64,000 bases of DNA from Paraspadella gotoi (GCA_051294375.1 CM119271.1:5073520-5137519), one strand, 5' to 3'; counted from the first letter of the stretch, positions 1-16,200 are shown. Translations and numbers: made by a program. The notes: a model not told the origin generated them from the letters alone.

Positions 1-135
1 GAGAGACTATAAGAGAAGGAGGGAAACTGGGATTTATGGGTCATGGAGAAATAAAGGGAGGATGGGAAGAGTCTTCATCCTGAGGTGAGACAAAGAGGCC
101 ACGGATTTTTTTCTTCTCTTTCTCCCCGTTTTTTT

Positions 136-168
<33 letters not shown>

Positions 169-546
169 CTAAACCAAATCCTTGACGCACAGGTTTTTTT
201 TGTGCCGTCGGTTGCATAAATTCAGTTCACCGAGAAAAAGTGAAGGTAGTAGTGAAAAGAAAAGTCCCTAAATACTGATTACATATTACATATTACAACT
301 AAAACTCCGAATTTAACGACGACTAATTTAGGTATTTAAGTATACATTATACAATACAATCTATACTCTACAATCTTGGCTTTCTTTTCGGCAAAGACAG
401 GGTTCGAACTCGGAACCTTTTCAGAAAAGCCTCCGTGAAGGTCATTCAAGGGCATCTTTATTATCATCATAGCCGTCTTCACTGTTGCCTACTATGTCAA
501 AAATGTTATCATTGTCGTTTTTTTATGGAAACTGTCATTAATGTCG

Positions 547-578
<32 letters not shown>

Positions 579-581
579 GTC

Positions 582-3500
582 NNNNNNNNNNNNNNNNNNN
601 NNNNNNNNNNNNNNNNNNNNNNNNNNNNNNNNNNNNNNNNNNNNNNNNNNNNNNNNNNNNNNNNNNNNNNNNNNNNNNNNNNNNNNNNNNNNNNNNNNNN
701 NNNNNNNNNNNNNNNNNNNNNNNNNNNNNNNNNNNNNNNNNNNNNNNNNNNNNNNNNNNNNNNNNCCGCCAATTTCAAAGGGAGAGAAGATTAAAATTGT
801 GTTGATATTTATTTTCATTCAAAACAATCGTCAAATATTTGAAAAAGCTTCATCATCCCGTTTCAANNNNNNNNNNNNNNNNNNNNNNNNNNNNNNNNNN
901 NNNNNNNNNNNNNNNNNNNNNNNNNNNNNNNNNNNNNNNNNNNNNNNNNNNNNNNNNNNNNNNNNNNNNNNNNNNNNNNNNNNNNNNNNNNNNNNNNNNN
1001 NNNNNNNNNNNNNNNNNNNNNNNNNNNNNNNNNNNNNNNNNNNNNNNNNNNNNNNNNNNNNNNNNNNNNNNNNNNNNNNNNNNNNNNNNNNNNNTCTCTC
1101 TCTCTCTCCTACCAAATAAAAAAAATATGATTAATGAAGGAAACTGCTGCAGAGTTATGGCGTCCTTCCAAGGAATTTGACAGGAACAATGTTTGTGCTT
1201 TCTCATCCATTCCTGGAAGAAAGAGAGAGAGAGAGAGGGCGAGAAAAGAGAGAGAGAGAGAGAGACAGAGAGAGATATACTAATAGCGAGTTAGTATACG
1301 AGAGAGAGAGATAGAAAGTTAGAGATATAACGAGAGTGAGTGAATTAGAGAAAAAAAGAAAAAAAAGAAAGAGCAGTGATATAATTATAAAAAAAAAAGA
1401 CGTAAACAAAGAACCGAAATAGAGAATGAGAAGAAGAAAGAGAGAAAAAAAAAGAGAGAAAAAGAAAGATAGAGAGAGAGAGTGAGAGAGCGAAAGAACG
1501 AGTGGATGGGAGCACATGGCTCCCCCTTCATTCTCCCACAAAAGAATCAGATTCCCTTTGATCCAAAAGCAAATAATTCACTCCTTTCGATAAATTTTCT
1601 CTCCTTTTTTTTTCTTTCTTTTTTTCCTTTTCTTCTTATTTTTTNNNNNNNNNNNNNNNNNNNNNNNNNNNNNNNNNNNNNNNNNNNNNNNNNNNNNNNN
1701 NNNNNNNNNNNNNNNNNNNNNNNNNNNNNNNNNNNNNNNNNNNNNNNNNNNNNNNNNNNNNNNNNNNNNNNNNNNNNNNNNNNNNNNNNNNNNNNNNNNN
1801 NNNNNNNNNNNNNNNNNNNNNNNNNNNNNNNNNNNNNNNNNNNNNNNNNNNNNNNNNNNNNNNNNNNNNNNNNNNNNNNNNNNNNNNNNNNNNNNNNNNN
1901 NNNNNNNNNNNNNNNNNNNNNNNNNNNNNACATGCAAGTGTAATATGGAAGGTCTAAAACACTAGATAAGAAAAGACCAAATTGACAAATGGACACAAAA
2001 ATATTGTTATAAAATTGTCAGAATTTCTCACAATCCTTTAATCACCTTTTGTTCTTTAATTCGGGAGGAAGAGGAGGAGGAGGAGGAGCCGGAGGAGGAG
2101 GAGCAGGAGGAGGAGGAGCAGGAGGAGGAGAAGGAGGATAAAGAGTAGGTTTAGCGAGTTTGTGTTTTTCTCTCATTTCGAGCGAAGTTTTTCTTTTCTT
2201 TTCCTTCGTCTTCATTTTTATTTTCCTTGTTTTATTTTTTTTAATATTTTCGTTGTTTTTGTCTTTTTGCTTCGTTTTTTTTTTTTATCATTTTTTTCCT
2301 TTTTTTTATGTTTTGAACTCAACGCTAATTTTTTTTCATTAATTTTAAAAGCAGCTACTTTGTTTTCTCTTCAACCCAAATGTTTTTTTCCATCTTTCAC
2401 CAAATTAAATTTTACCTTTTTCAATTTCTTTTATTTGTATTCACTTTTTGTGTTCTTTTTTTTATATCAAACTCTGATTTTATTCAAATCTAACCGCTAT
2501 ATTTTCCCCAAAACTGAACAAAATTTTTTTGTCCATACAAAAAATACATACAAAAATAAAAAAATAAATAAATTAATATAATAAAATATAATCTAATAAA
2601 TATAATAAATATAAAAATTAGAAAAAAAAATTAATTTTTTTCTTGCGGACGGTCGTCATTCTTGTTTCTCCCTTAAAAATAAATGGCCACCCCCCTTCTT
2701 TTTATACTCTCTTTCCTCCCCCCCCCTACCCCCCCCTTCCTTTTTCAACACCCCGACAGGATAAGGATTATCCCCCCCCCTCTCCTTCGTTTTACCTCTC
2801 AGCGAATATCGACTCTGGATTTTTGTTTGTTTTTCGTTTTTTTCCGTTTCTGTCAACAGATTTTCAAAATCTTCTTATCTTTCCCCGCAAAGGTTGGCGG
2901 CGCTGCGGCGGTGGCGGCTGCGGCTTTCGACCGCGGCTCGCCTACCTAGCGATGGCGGCGACGGCGGCGGCAGGGGGGCGTCGGCCGCGGCAAGGGGACG
3001 TGATGGCCTCGACGGCTGCGTGAGGAAATCAAAATGGCGGGAAATAAAAATCCAAAATGCCAAGAAATCCGCTGCGAATAAAAATCTCGGGAGCGTTTGA
3101 AAACGGTTACGAAGAACGGGCGGATCCTCTCGAGAAAGGTGTGGTGAGATGGAGAGAGAGAGAGGGGGAGAGAGAAAGAGAGAAAGAAAGAAAGAGAGAA
3201 AGAGAGAANNNNNNNNNNNNNNNNNNNNNNNNNCCTCCACGATGTCCTTAAAATTCGGTTAGGACATTATTAAATAGTTTCTGTTTTACCATTTATCAAA
3301 ACAAACAAATATCCTCTAATTTTATTTTATGTCCCTCCTCTCTCTCTCTCTCTCTCTTCTCTCACTCACTCTTCTCTACTCTTCTCTCTCTCCATCTCTC
3401 TCTCTCTCTCTCTCGTTTTCGCAATTGCGACGATCTTTATGCTTTCAGATTTTTTTAACTTGCATCATTTTTCAGCAATTAATTAATTAATTATTCATTA

Positions 3501-6500
3501 ATTAATAAAACATTTATTAGTAATCATTAATATTAAAGATCAAGTAAATGTGATTTATGTTTTGTTCCCAATCTAAACTCATTTCCCCTGGGCACAAATT
3601 CCGTCCAATACTTTAATATTATTATATAACTTAATAAATATTTAAAAGCTTCATGCAACAACCCAATGAACTAAATTCAAAAAGTTACTATTGAAAATCG
3701 ATTTAGTGTAAAACGAAAAAAAAATTTAAAGAGAACCTGAGAAGTTATAAAAAAAGTGTTCATTTTGGCACCCTGCCCTACTCAGTATCACATTAGGTCC
3801 CTACTAGATATATTGCATTGATTAAACAATGTTATCGGGATAATAATTTATCAATTTTATGTTTTTGAAAGCTATTTTGAATAATTGTTTATTCAGTGAG
3901 TAAAATGAACAACTTTTTTATTCGCATAATTTTTCATCTCGTACTGAGGACTCTCTCTCTTTCTATCTTTCTTGTTCTCTATCCTCTCTCTCTCGTCTTT
4001 GCAATTGCGATGATCCTTATGCTCCATTTTACTGCTCCCTCTCTACTCTCTCTCTCTCTCTCCTTCTCGTCACTCTCGTCTCTCTCTCTCTCTCTCTTTG
4101 CAATTGCGAACGATGCCTTATGCTTTTAAGGATTTTACCACTGTAGCAATTTTCGCTTCAAGTAAAATGTGACTTAGGTTTTTTCCATTTAACTCATTTC
4201 CACTGGCAACAATTCCGGTCAAAACTTATTATCTAGCTTTTCAACAACTCTAAATGCACTTTCCTACCCGCTTCACAAAATTTCATCTCAATCTATTAGG
4301 GTTAAAATAACGTAAAGATTCAAGTAAATGTGAACTCATATTCTTTTTTCATTTAACTCATTTTCCAACTCGTACGTTTCCACGAAACTTTATAATCAAG
4401 CAATCGATACACATTTTTTCTAACCCACCCAACCAGAAAAAAATTTGAACGCTCAATCGTATTCTCCATCCATATCTATCATACATTCTCAATTAGAGGT
4501 ACTTTCATGTTCCGGTTAAAATATCTCGTAAAAAGTCACTTTACGTACTCATCTGCGAACCTATGTTTGCTTCGCACTTAAACTCAATTTACCTCCAGCA
4601 CATATCGATGTGAGCAAGGCAGAACTTATATTAGAGGAACAGATATTATTGCGAGCGAGAGCTACTCCTACCGCGACCATAATGAAGAAACAAAATTTCA
4701 TTTCAATCCAACCAGCCCCCATCACGAGTTATTGGAGCTTTTTGCTAAGCGGTGGGACGGAATGGACGGATTGAGTTTGACTGATTAATTAATATTGATT
4801 ATTAATTGCTAATTGAGTTAATTAAGCTGATTAATTATTTGACTTATTATACACTCCTCATATACATTAATATAAAGGAAAAAGAAGCATAATCAATTAC
4901 GCAAGGAGAGCAGGATTTTATGTTGTATTTTTTGTCTATTCTAACACTCATTCCACTCGAGAGAGACGAATCCATCGATAACTTGGTTTCCCTGAATCAG
5001 GATCACAGCACTTCTTCTACTTCACATACCAAATATTCCAGTTCACTCTGAGATAATTAAGGTTGATATATAAAAGCTATTCTTGGTCAACTTGCATAAT
5101 TTAATCTCCAACTGCCATAAATTTGTGTATGTCAAGGCTGAGACAAAATTGGATAATAAAAAGAGAACATAATTTGTCCTACCGACATAATTTGGTCGAG
5201 ACTGTATATAAATTAAATTTAAATGGTCTCAACAGACATAAATTTGTGAGACCCCAATTAAGATATAATTTGGTCAACCGGCACTTAAACTTATATGGTC
5301 TCTATACTGTCTATAATGGTTATCTACCTAGCCTATTATCTTCGGTCAAAACCAAGGCATTAAATTTGGTCAACTTATTGCACCAAACTGATAATTAGGA
5401 CAAATTGTCTAGATTGGTCAAGTCGGACCATACAATTTGTGCGAGTGGCATGTATGCATATAGTTCGGTCAAAAATCAAAATCAATCAATCAATTCAATC
5501 ATCAATCATCAGCAGAGATGATAGAAGAGAAACTTTACAATTCAAAATAAAATGTGTCTTTTGGTTTTCATAATTTGAACTCTTTCGCACTCCACTAACG
5601 ATTCCATAATAAAATTTTATATCCAGTCTCTTTTATACTATACCCTTCCTCTAGCGGCGCAGCCACACCACTAAAATCTAATTTCGCGATTTATCTAATC
5701 CAATTAATAATAAACAAATAATTTATGAGGTAAATTTAGGTGAATAAATACTGATTCAAGATAAAAGTATAGTACTATATTGATTTTTTTTCCTATCTTA
5801 CACTCATCTTACTACGCAGGCACCGATTCCATCGAAACAATATCGCACTCAATCTACACCTTTGGCTACATACAATGATCTCCCAAAAATTTCACATTCA
5901 AATTTGCAGCTACCCCACTCTACAAGAGCAAATCGGCATTCACAAATGATAGTAAATACTATCCGTTTTTGTTTTTTTTCCCATTTAAAATCCAATTGCA
6001 CTTGCACGATTCCCCGAACACACTTCTGAATCCCAATCACTCAATCACGATACAGTTTCACAAAACCACAACAACGTTTTAGAAAAATTTGTTTACAAAA
6101 GGCAAGTTACGTTAGTTGGTGCTAATTTATGTGATCTTAATTAACTAGTACTATCACAAGAATTCAGATACCATATCCATAACATCCAATCACGAGAGCG
6201 AGTAATTAGGAGAGTTTTTCTTAGCTAAGTGAAGGAGACGGACCAACGACGGAACGGACGGAAACAGGACGGACGACACGACACGGACGGACGGACAGAC
6301 GGATCTGTATCGGACAATCCATTTTTTATTTGCATTAATTAAAATCATAATATCGATTGTTCTGACATGAAATAATTTTTTTTAAATAGTGTTGATAGCC
6401 CCAGAGAATCTAATTCTTTAGAGAGGGGTCTTTGGGACCTTGACCGGTTACTCTGATAAGTGATGATTATTATGAGTCGGGATCTGCTGATTAAGCTGCT

Positions 6501-9500
6501 ATCCTGTTTCTTAACAAATTTCATGACAGTTTCATGTTTACATAATATCTTTTATATGTCAAATTATGTTCATGTTATTCTTTGTCATTGGTATTAGTTA
6601 ATTTACGTCTTTTTTACGTAGTTCCAATGTACCCAAGTCAATTATACTTCAAGTATACTTATCTATTTTTTTAAAATCATTTGTCCTTTAGATTCAATAT
6701 GTCATTTTATGTAGCGTGTTAGTATGATCAGTACTTCTTTATTAGTTTGGTTTGGTTTATTGTTTGCACTCATCTGGTCAATCATCAGTGACTTACTGCC
6801 CTTTTTTGTGCTATAATATCATTATATTAAAGCAAAGCAATAATCATTCTTTTATTTGCCTCTAATGGTCCATAATTATGTGACATTTTTCATTAAATTT
6901 ATTTTGTATTCAATATCGCCTTATATGCTTCTTTTCTTATCGTCTCTCTCGCTTGTCTGTATGTCTTTTTGAATTCATTTTTATTTAGGTCTCATTCTGG
7001 TATATCGTTAATCGTCATTTACGCATTTTATCTGTATGGTATCTGATTATTTTTTCTCATTAGTGTCACATGTGAACTTAAAGTTTTAGAACAGTATCAG
7101 TCAGCTCCTTCCGCGTACTAAAATCTTCCTAAATTTTAACTTTAGATATAAATTCTAAATAGTGTATGGAATCGAACATCATTATATTAAGTTGAACATT
7201 TTATTTGCTAATATATAATAAATTTTCTAATCTTAAATTTTACAATTACGTCAGTAGGCCATATTTATACTAGTACTAACCAATAAATGTTCACAAACTT
7301 AATTTCAAAAAACCTATTGTTTTTCCTTTTTTTCTTTAATTTTAAAGATTTTTTTGAGAATTGGATTCGCAGTCATAAAAAGTTGTTAAAATAAGAAAAT
7401 ATAACTCTTTTTGAAAAACTTCCTTCATTAAGTGGTCAAAAATTAGTAACATAGTTCTATATTTTAAGCTGAAAATTAATTTTTTACTATATTTAATTAT
7501 ATTTTTTTTAATTTTTAATCCCCAACTTTTAATGAAAGAATTTTTTAAAAATGATTATATTTCTTCTATCTAACTTTTTGACGAGGAATTCAAATCTGCA
7601 ATCAAAATTAAGAAAAGCCTATTTCTAAATGTTTTTCGATTTTATAAAAAGGATATGTACTCAATATATATAATTAATTATGCTCTACCTCTTGCAAAAA
7701 TTAACAAAACATAAAGACTAATTTTTTTTAAGCAAATTAATGTTTACTAATGGTAATGTTATTCAGTAATTGACTTTAGAATTTTCGGTATGTCACTTTC
7801 ACTACTAATGTATATAGTAGTTGGAGTGTTGAAAAAGATTATAGCCTGAGTTTAACACATATATCTTTGCTTGCTTTTGTCTTTAATGCTTATCTTTAAA
7901 TATTAAATCAAATATATACTATAGACATTGTTAAAATTGTAATAGTTCCTCTTCTTTTAGATGACTATAAAAAGTATATTCAAAGCAGCAAATTAGCTCA
8001 CTTGTCATCTATAGTAAGGAAGATAAAAAATTTCCCAATATAATGGCACGTATTGTTTTATGAGATATTATTGCGGATTTGTCAGAAAAAAATAAAAAAC
8101 TTTATGAGACCGGGATTCTCTTTTTTTTTCCTGCTTCCTTAAATATTTTTTTTACTGTAGAGAGCATATTTCACTACCGGTTATATACATGTCACCATTC
8201 CCAAATCCACGAGGAGTGTATTATTATTAATATATCTATAAAATTATATAAAATATTAAATTTCATTAATACGAGCCTCTGACGTTCCATCATTCAGAGA
8301 GAGTTTACAGCCCCAATAATACCACTGAGTGTAGTTACAAAGGGAGATACCGAAGATCTATGAAAAAACTAGACGCGAACACCCGAATGCATAAGTTGTT
8401 TCTATCACACATGTTTCACCTTAAATGATTTTTCTTTGCCATTTGGCATATAAAGCCGAGACACGAGAGATACCACTTTATGGTGAAACTTGAGCGTCCA
8501 GTGACATGGATGCATAACATCTTAAAATTGGTACGTGAGAGAAGGGGGAGCTGAGCGAAGGATGAGGAGCACATGAGCACGGGAGAGAAGAAGACGACCG
8601 GGCACTGTTGCAGAAGAGAAGGAGGGATGAGAACTGTCACCTTATTCATAACACACAGACAACACCTCTATTCCTACTGATCTTTATTGTATACGCTGGG
8701 TACTACATATAATAGACAAAACAATCTCCTACTGTCGCCGGGGTCGAGTGCTATCTACCGTATAAGAATCATCTCCTATGCCCGCGGCGAGCGAGAGCGT
8801 TCGCGCTATATGTCACTCGCGTCGTTGGTCGTTGTTCATCAGTCGTCGCACGAGTTATGTGTACCAGGTCTGGTACAGAACACCCCTCTTCTCAGTGCTT
8901 AGACGGAATCCTGCAGTTCGATGCTTTTGCCGGGGATGCCTGTTGGCAGTATATTCCATAATCACCGCGCTCTACGCATTCCATAATCGTTCAGCCAAAT
9001 CCATTGCTAGTATGGACCATTTTATTGGATACCCCAAATTTTAAAATTGAACACAGCAAGACTCTTAGTTATTACATAAATAGCAATGGTAAAAATAATT
9101 TTTCCACGCATTTTTAAAAACAATTTTAAATATAAATATTTTATTAATTATCAATATTTTTTATAATATTGATTAAAGTACACTAGTTTTTACAACTTTT
9201 TTATTCTAGGTATAGCAGGCCGCAGTCAAACGAAGACCAGCTTCATGAGCTTTAGTTCCATAGAAGACTTTATATAATGACAATTCACAGTTCACATACT
9301 ATTTTTAAAAATTAATACCAAGCATTCAACCTGCAATAGAGTGTTATCTTGTTCACATGTGACTGCCTTTCTTTACATGCACTATATATCAGTATATATA
9401 TTTAGTCAATAGAAGAGATGATGGATCAACGAGAGCACAGAGGTGATTGTTGTCCTGCTTTAAGTGATGTCAAGGGTCGCTCACACTGAAATCTAGAGAG

Positions 9501-12222
9501 ATATAGAGATAAGAAAGAGTAGAAGTAGACGAAGAAAGAGATGGATGGAGGAGAAAGAGATGAGTATTGAATGAGAAGAAGATATTTAATATCTCGTTCT
9601 TCTATATCTCACGAAATTCTCGTTATGTTCTATTCTAGTAATCAGCAACTTATTTATACAAAATTAAATATGGACATACATTTCTATCTATTCAAAATAT
9701 TTTGTATCTTTACGCCAGCGGTCACTTTTCGTTATTGTATTAATATGTTCTCGTCTTTTCCGTTGCTCGAAGCGAAGTAATTTTTAATTTTAAACACAAT
9801 TCCTCTAACATTATCCTTTTTTAACAAAATTTATTGTTTACACCCAGTTAAAAAATTATCTAAAAATTCAAAAACGTGAGAAATGAATGACTTCATTTAA
9901 ATGAGATGTTCTGATGCCCTCCGATCGATCCCGAATCCGGACGCGGAGCGGGTGGCCGGGGCCGTGGCAAACTAGAAAAAAATTTATCAAAAAATTAAAT
10001 TCGAAATAATAGTAATCATAAGATTGGTAAATGAACTTCATCTTTACATCTGTTAAAGTTCGGTAAGAGGCTTCAGAAAATACCATTTAATAACAAAGGT
10101 TCCGAGCTAGTCACGAATTAATGGGTAAAGATTACATGATACTGTATCCGTTTAGCGGCGCCGGAATCTGACGGTCGGAGAGAGCAGACGGGAACTGTAG
10201 ATTACTATTTCAGAGAGTTAAAAGTTCCGCGAGAATTGGTGGAGTCGTAAGCGGAGGGAAATGTTGTGTGGTTGGAATTTATTTTGCAAATTTTTCTGAC
10301 ACTGGAAAGAGGCTTCGGAGCGCGCAGAGGCAAGAAAGAGAGTATTTGATGTATAACATGTATTTTGAATAGAGAGTAGTGATGCACATAGAGATTGTTA
10401 TAAAGAACGAAGAGAGACAAGAGATGCAGAGAGAGAGAAGAGTAGAGTTAATATCACAATATTAGATATTTGACAGTATTGACGATTAAAAAATTTATTT
10501 GAGGATAAGTATTCTTAGTCTTAATAAAGATAATACTATATTATATATTATCCTTGCATGTGCGGGCCCATATCTGTTGTCAGTGGCGAATACACGGGCT
10601 ACAGGAAAGTTAATTATTTAGGTAAATAAACTTTTGTCAGTTATCGTGGAAGTCATGGAGCATGAGAACTATGCCTTCCTTAGTTGAAATGTGTTTCATC
10701 ACTTATGTGTACAGGTGAGCGAGGCTCATGACAAAGTACTGTCATATAGTGGGTATGGGCTGGAACCCAATGAGCACGAATCCCTCAAATATTTGGTACT
10801 TGAACACGCGCTCGATCTTTGTGAATGAAACTTTGGCAGCAGTAGTGATCCAACTCATTAATAATATAATTTATCTAGTCAGGTTTTCCATCTGATCTAT
10901 CCTCACATAACACATGAAAAGTAATAGGTCATGTGATGAGTCATCAAAACAATTGGATACGGAAACCCGAAGTGGTCCAGGAAAAAGATCCATACCTCGC
11001 GCTTTTCGTGTCGTTATGCGAACCAAACGACTTAGTCTGACAGGTAATAAATATAGGAATAAGCGAGAAGTAAGAAAGGATAAGCATTTTCTTAATCTAA
11101 GAATGTATACTAGTGGCTTCCTTCATTAGCTCTTCGTGCAAAAAATACATATATATCTAAATTTTTTGAATTTATTTTTTTTCTTGACAAATTATCAATG
11201 GTTGCGGTCGCGTGTATAATAGTTTGAAATGTATGGCAGAGACCGAGAGGTATCCAAAAAAATAAGAAAAGACAGTGGCGCCAGTTAAAGACAGGTTAAG
11301 GAATAAAGTAACATAAAGAGTGAGGGAGAAAGAAAAGAGCAGATTACAGTTGAGATAAGTAATATATATCTGAAACAATTTAAGTGTTTGCGACATTATC
11401 ATTTTAAGATATAAATTGTAAAATATAACACATAAACGTATCATTTTATTAAGATAAGAGAGTTACTTGTTAATATTATAATTATAGTAGTATTTAATTA
11501 AATGAGTTCTGGGCCTGCGCCCCCTCTGGACAGTAGAAAAGCAGTTGAATTCTTCCGATGATTGTCGATACCCTGAGATGATATAATTATGAGCAGGGCA
11601 CTGAGCGGCGATCGAGGATAAAGGGGTTCCGCCTTTGGCGAGTATCGTCTTTTACTTAAGCGCGGCCGTTCCGCGACGGAGAGCGCCGCATGCGCTCGGT
11701 CTGGCATCGTACATCTTTATAAAGCAGAAAGATCACTCTCGTATGTCGCTAGGAGGGATCTGATGGGTGGTTATATTTCTAATTAAACCTTACAACCAAG
11801 CTTCCGTCGGCAATCCATGAAAACCTCTGTCTTATTCACATCGCCTCCTATCCTTCTCAAACACCTCTCCCTTCTGCCCCCCCCCTCTCCTCCCTCCATC
11901 TCTTTTCTCCCACACCCACTCTTTCAAAAAAAAGGAGAAAAAAAAAAGAATTGAGACGAGAGAAGCCAAGTAACTTATTTATCATTGACTTTTTATTCCG
12001 TCGACTATCGGCGAAAGGATTGGATCTTTTTCTGACTTCGTTTCGTATTCAATCAACTGAGAAAGTCAAAAACTGGCCCAAGCATTTAATTGGTCGTCGG
12101 GATCCAATTGTGATCTCATTGGGCACCCATGAGCCCTAACCTGCCTTAGTGCTCCAAAAATTTTTTTCCCACTGACAACAGCCGCACGAAAAGCATCACT
12201 TTAACCAAACGCAAACAAATGT

Positions 12223-12256
<34 letters not shown>

Positions 12257-13221
12257 NNNNNNNNNNNNNNNNNNNNNNNNNNNNNNNNNNNNNNNNNNNN
12301 NNNNNNNNNNNNNNNNNNNNNNNNNNNNNNNNNNNNNNNNNNNNNNNNNNNNNNNNNNNNNNNNNNNNNNNNNNNNNNNNNNNNNNNNNNNNNNNNNNNN
12401 NNNNNNNNNNNNNNNNNNNNNNNNNNNNNNNNNNNNNNNNNNCGGCCGCCACGCCGCCCGGCGTCCGGATTCGGGATCGACGGGGGAGAAAGGAATAAAA
12501 ATTCGTCGCTTAGCAACGAGACGCGGCGAGTCACGTGACGATGAAGACTCGATTGAAGAAGNNNNNNNNNNNNNNNNNNNNNNNNNNNNNNNNNNNNNNN
12601 NNNNNNNNNNNNNNNNNNNNNNNNNNNNNNNNNNNNNNNNNNNNNNNNNNNNNNNNNNNNNNNNNNNNNNNNNNNNNNNNNNNNNNNNNNNNNNNNNNNN
12701 NNNNNNNNNNNNNNNNNNNNNNNNNNNNNNNNNNNNNNNNNNNNNNNNNNNNNNNNNNNNNNNNNNNNNNNNNNNNNNNNNNNNNNNNNNNNNNNNNNNN
12801 NNNNNNNNNNNNNNNNNNNNNNNNNNNNNNNNNNNNNNNNNNNNNNNNNNNNNNNNNNNNNNNNNNNNNNNNNNNNNNNNNNNNNNNNNNNNNNNTCTCT
12901 CTCTCTCTCTCTCTCTCTCTCCCTCTCTCAATAAATTTAATTAGTATCAAGAATTTATTTTAAAATAAATAAATAAATAACGTCCCTTTTTTCAGTCCGA
13001 TTTTTACCATATATGAGATAAATTTTAACAACGATAAAAATGACACCGATGGGAAACCCGGACATGTAAGTCGTGATATGATTCTCGAAAAAAAAAGGAA
13101 AGCAGAAAAAAAAAGAAGGAATCCCGGTCGACATAAATCTCCATCGGGCTGTTCTTTTGTTTTTCTCGTCGTCTGAATATTTCATAAAAAGAGGAACATA
13201 CACAAATGTATTATGAATATA

Positions 13222-13273
<52 letters not shown>

Positions 13274-16200
13274 AATAATAAAAGAATAAACAAAATTAGA
13301 AATTTTTATTTAAAAAAATTAAAATATTAATAGTAAAAATGTAATTTGTTTTTCGTTTTAATGATTTTGTTTTTGGACATCCAGAATTAGTAAGTAGTTG
13401 GTAGTTGGTAGTTGGTAGTTGGTACCAAAATTATTGTAATTAAATCACACTTAATTACACAATACACGTTACATTAGCCTTTTGTAAACAAATTTTTAAA
13501 ACGTGACGCTTGTCAGATTCAAGAAGCGAAAATCTCGTTTGATGGAATAATGAATAGAGACTTGGTCATTGGAGAACTTTATACTTTCACCAAAAAAATC
13601 TTAGAAAACTATCTTCCAGAAAATAATTTTATTTTTATGGTTTTTTTGCATAACTGCCACAATGTGACAATCTGCCATTGGATTAATAATTTGGAAACCA
13701 AAGTTGATAATCACCCAACAAACTTGGATTTATTAATTCACTTGCTTTTTCTTAAATCCAATACATGAAGAAAATAAATATTAAATAAGAAGAGCTTCCA
13801 TGGAATAAACTGCGGAACTCCTTCCCCTTGGGTGTCGTCATATGCCGAAGTCCAATCTTCCAATTTCTCTCAATCTGAGCGAGCGAGAGANNNNNNNNNN
13901 NNNNNNNNNNNNNNNNNNNNNNNNNNNNNNNNNNNNNNNNNNNNNNNNNNNNNNNNNNNNNNNNNNNNNNNNNNNNNNNNNNNNNNNNNNNNNNNNNNNN
14001 NNNNNNNNNNNNNNNNNNNNNNNNNNNNNNNNNNNNNNNNNNNNNNNNNNNNNNNNNNNNNNNNNNNNNNNNNNNNNNNNNNNNNNNNNNNNNNNNNNNN
14101 NNNNNNNNNNNNNNNNNNNNNNNNNNNNNNNNNNNNNNNNNNNNNNNNNNNNNNNNNNNNNNNNNNNNNNNNNNNNNNNNNNNNNNNNNATCAGCCTTTT
14201 ACCCCCCTCGATCACTGGGTTCCCTTAAGCAACTCAGACGATCTTTCGTGACAGGGTGAGGTGAAGATAATGTTAAGGAGAAAAAATGCAAAGATATATA
14301 AACAGTGAAAAATCAAGTTTATCGATAATTTCGACTCTTTACTTCACCGTAATACTTATATATAGCAAGAAAAAAAATAGTCATAAATGTGGACTGGAAG
14401 TGCAGGACTCAGCCACAAGAGTATCCTAGGGTTTTAGTCTTCTATAAGATCTTGCATAATTTAACAGTCGTCGTAATTTTGTTCACATTTTAAAATATTT
14501 GTTTCTTAAAAAAGTAAAAACACAAAAATTCTGATCCACCGAACGGAAAATCTCGCTCATGGGCGAGTTTATTGAGTCGACGTGTTACGTCTCTCCGTAT
14601 GTAATTGAACAAAGTAATAAGACACGTATGTAATTAGACGAAGTAATGAGGGCCAGAATGTTATAGGCTTTAGATATTATTCTAGTCAAGATTTTCTACA
14701 GAGTCCGCCATCTTGAAATTCACCGACTCCGACGCTTTCGACGTAATAAGTTTTACCCAAAACTCGCGCGAGTCGAAAGCGGTGAGAGAAAAAAAAAATA
14801 AAGAAGCAGAGCTGGCGAAGTCCGTTTGCATATATATTTCTATTCAAGTCTGACAAAGACTGCGGTGGTTAACTTTTCTTTTCTTTGGGGGTTAGGACGG
14901 AGAAGAGGCGGGGGGAGGGGATGAAGTTGAGGCGAAGTGAGGAAAAAGTAAAAAGAAAAACCCGACCCGTCATTTCACATTTTTTTCACACCTTTCTTAC
15001 CTTTTCCCTTTTTTTTTGGGCGGGGGGGGGGGGGGGGTCGGCCGCCGAAATTTGCTTTCTCAGGTTTCCCCTTATTCTTCTTCTCGGCTCGACTTACTTT
15101 CTGGTAAGTTTTTTTTTCCTTTTTTTTTCTTTTCGCATCTCTATTTTCATTTTCTTATTTTGTATACGGGAATGTAGTTTGGGTTTCTTTTCTATTCATA
15201 TTTATCACTGTCTTATTAATACATGAGCCATGCGGACTGATACTAAAAAAATACGTAAACTATTGATTTTTAATTATTGTATTTCTAAAATACTACTTAC
15301 GTTTTTTCTTGACTGTGACTATCTATCTTTTCTTAATCCCTAACCAAAACGACTTTCCCATCTTCTTTTCTCCTTCCTCCTCTTCTCTCCCTTCTTTCCT
15401 CCTTTCTCCTCTTCTCTTCGTCCTTTCCTTCTTTCCTCCCTCCTCCTCTTTTCTTCCTCCTTTCCTCCCTCCTCCTCTTCTTTCTTTCCTTCTTTTCTCC
15501 ATCCTCCTCTTCTCTTCCNNNNNNNNNNNNNNNNNNNNNNNNNNNNNNNNNNNNNNNNNNNNNNNNNNNNNNNNNNNNNNNNNNNNNNNNNNNNNNNNNN
15601 NNNNNNNNNNNNNNNNNNNNNNNNNNNNNNNNNNNNNNNNNNNNNNNNNNNNNNNNNNNNNNNNNNNNNNNNNNNNNNNNNNNNNNNNNNNNNNNNNNNN
15701 NNNNNNNNNNNNNNNNNNNNNNNNNNNNNNNNNNNNNNNNNNNNNNNNNNNNNNNNNNNNNNNNNNNNNNNNNNNNNNNNNNNNNNNNNNNNNNNNNNNN
15801 NNNNNNNNNNNNNNNNNNNNNNNNNNNNNNNNNNNNNNNNNNNNNNNNNNNNNNNNNNNNNNNNNNNNNNNNNNNNNNNNNNNNNNNNNNNNNNNNNNNN
15901 NNNNNNNNNNNNNNNNNNNNNNNNNNNNNNNNNNNNNNNNNNNNNNNNNNNNNNNNNNNNNNNNNNNNNNNNNNTTTTTTTCATCGATTCTTTTCCATTT
16001 TAATTTTAATTTTTATTTTTGCAATTTATGACATTTTTTTCTCTTTTAAAATTAAATTTCGTTTATATTTTTTGGGGGTTCGATTTCCAGACAAATCGTT
16101 TTTTCTTTCAATCTTCGTATTTTTCCTCTTTCAGACTTCGGTTCTCATAACTTTTACTTCTCTTTTTCGCCTCTCAACTTTTCCTCTCTTTTCATTTTCT

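Noticed and set aside
5085-5475. Repeated aatttggtc/aatttgt units as a CRISPR-like array
   Set aside because: Irregular degenerate minisatellite in eukaryotic DNA, with no constant repeat-spacer period and no cas genes.
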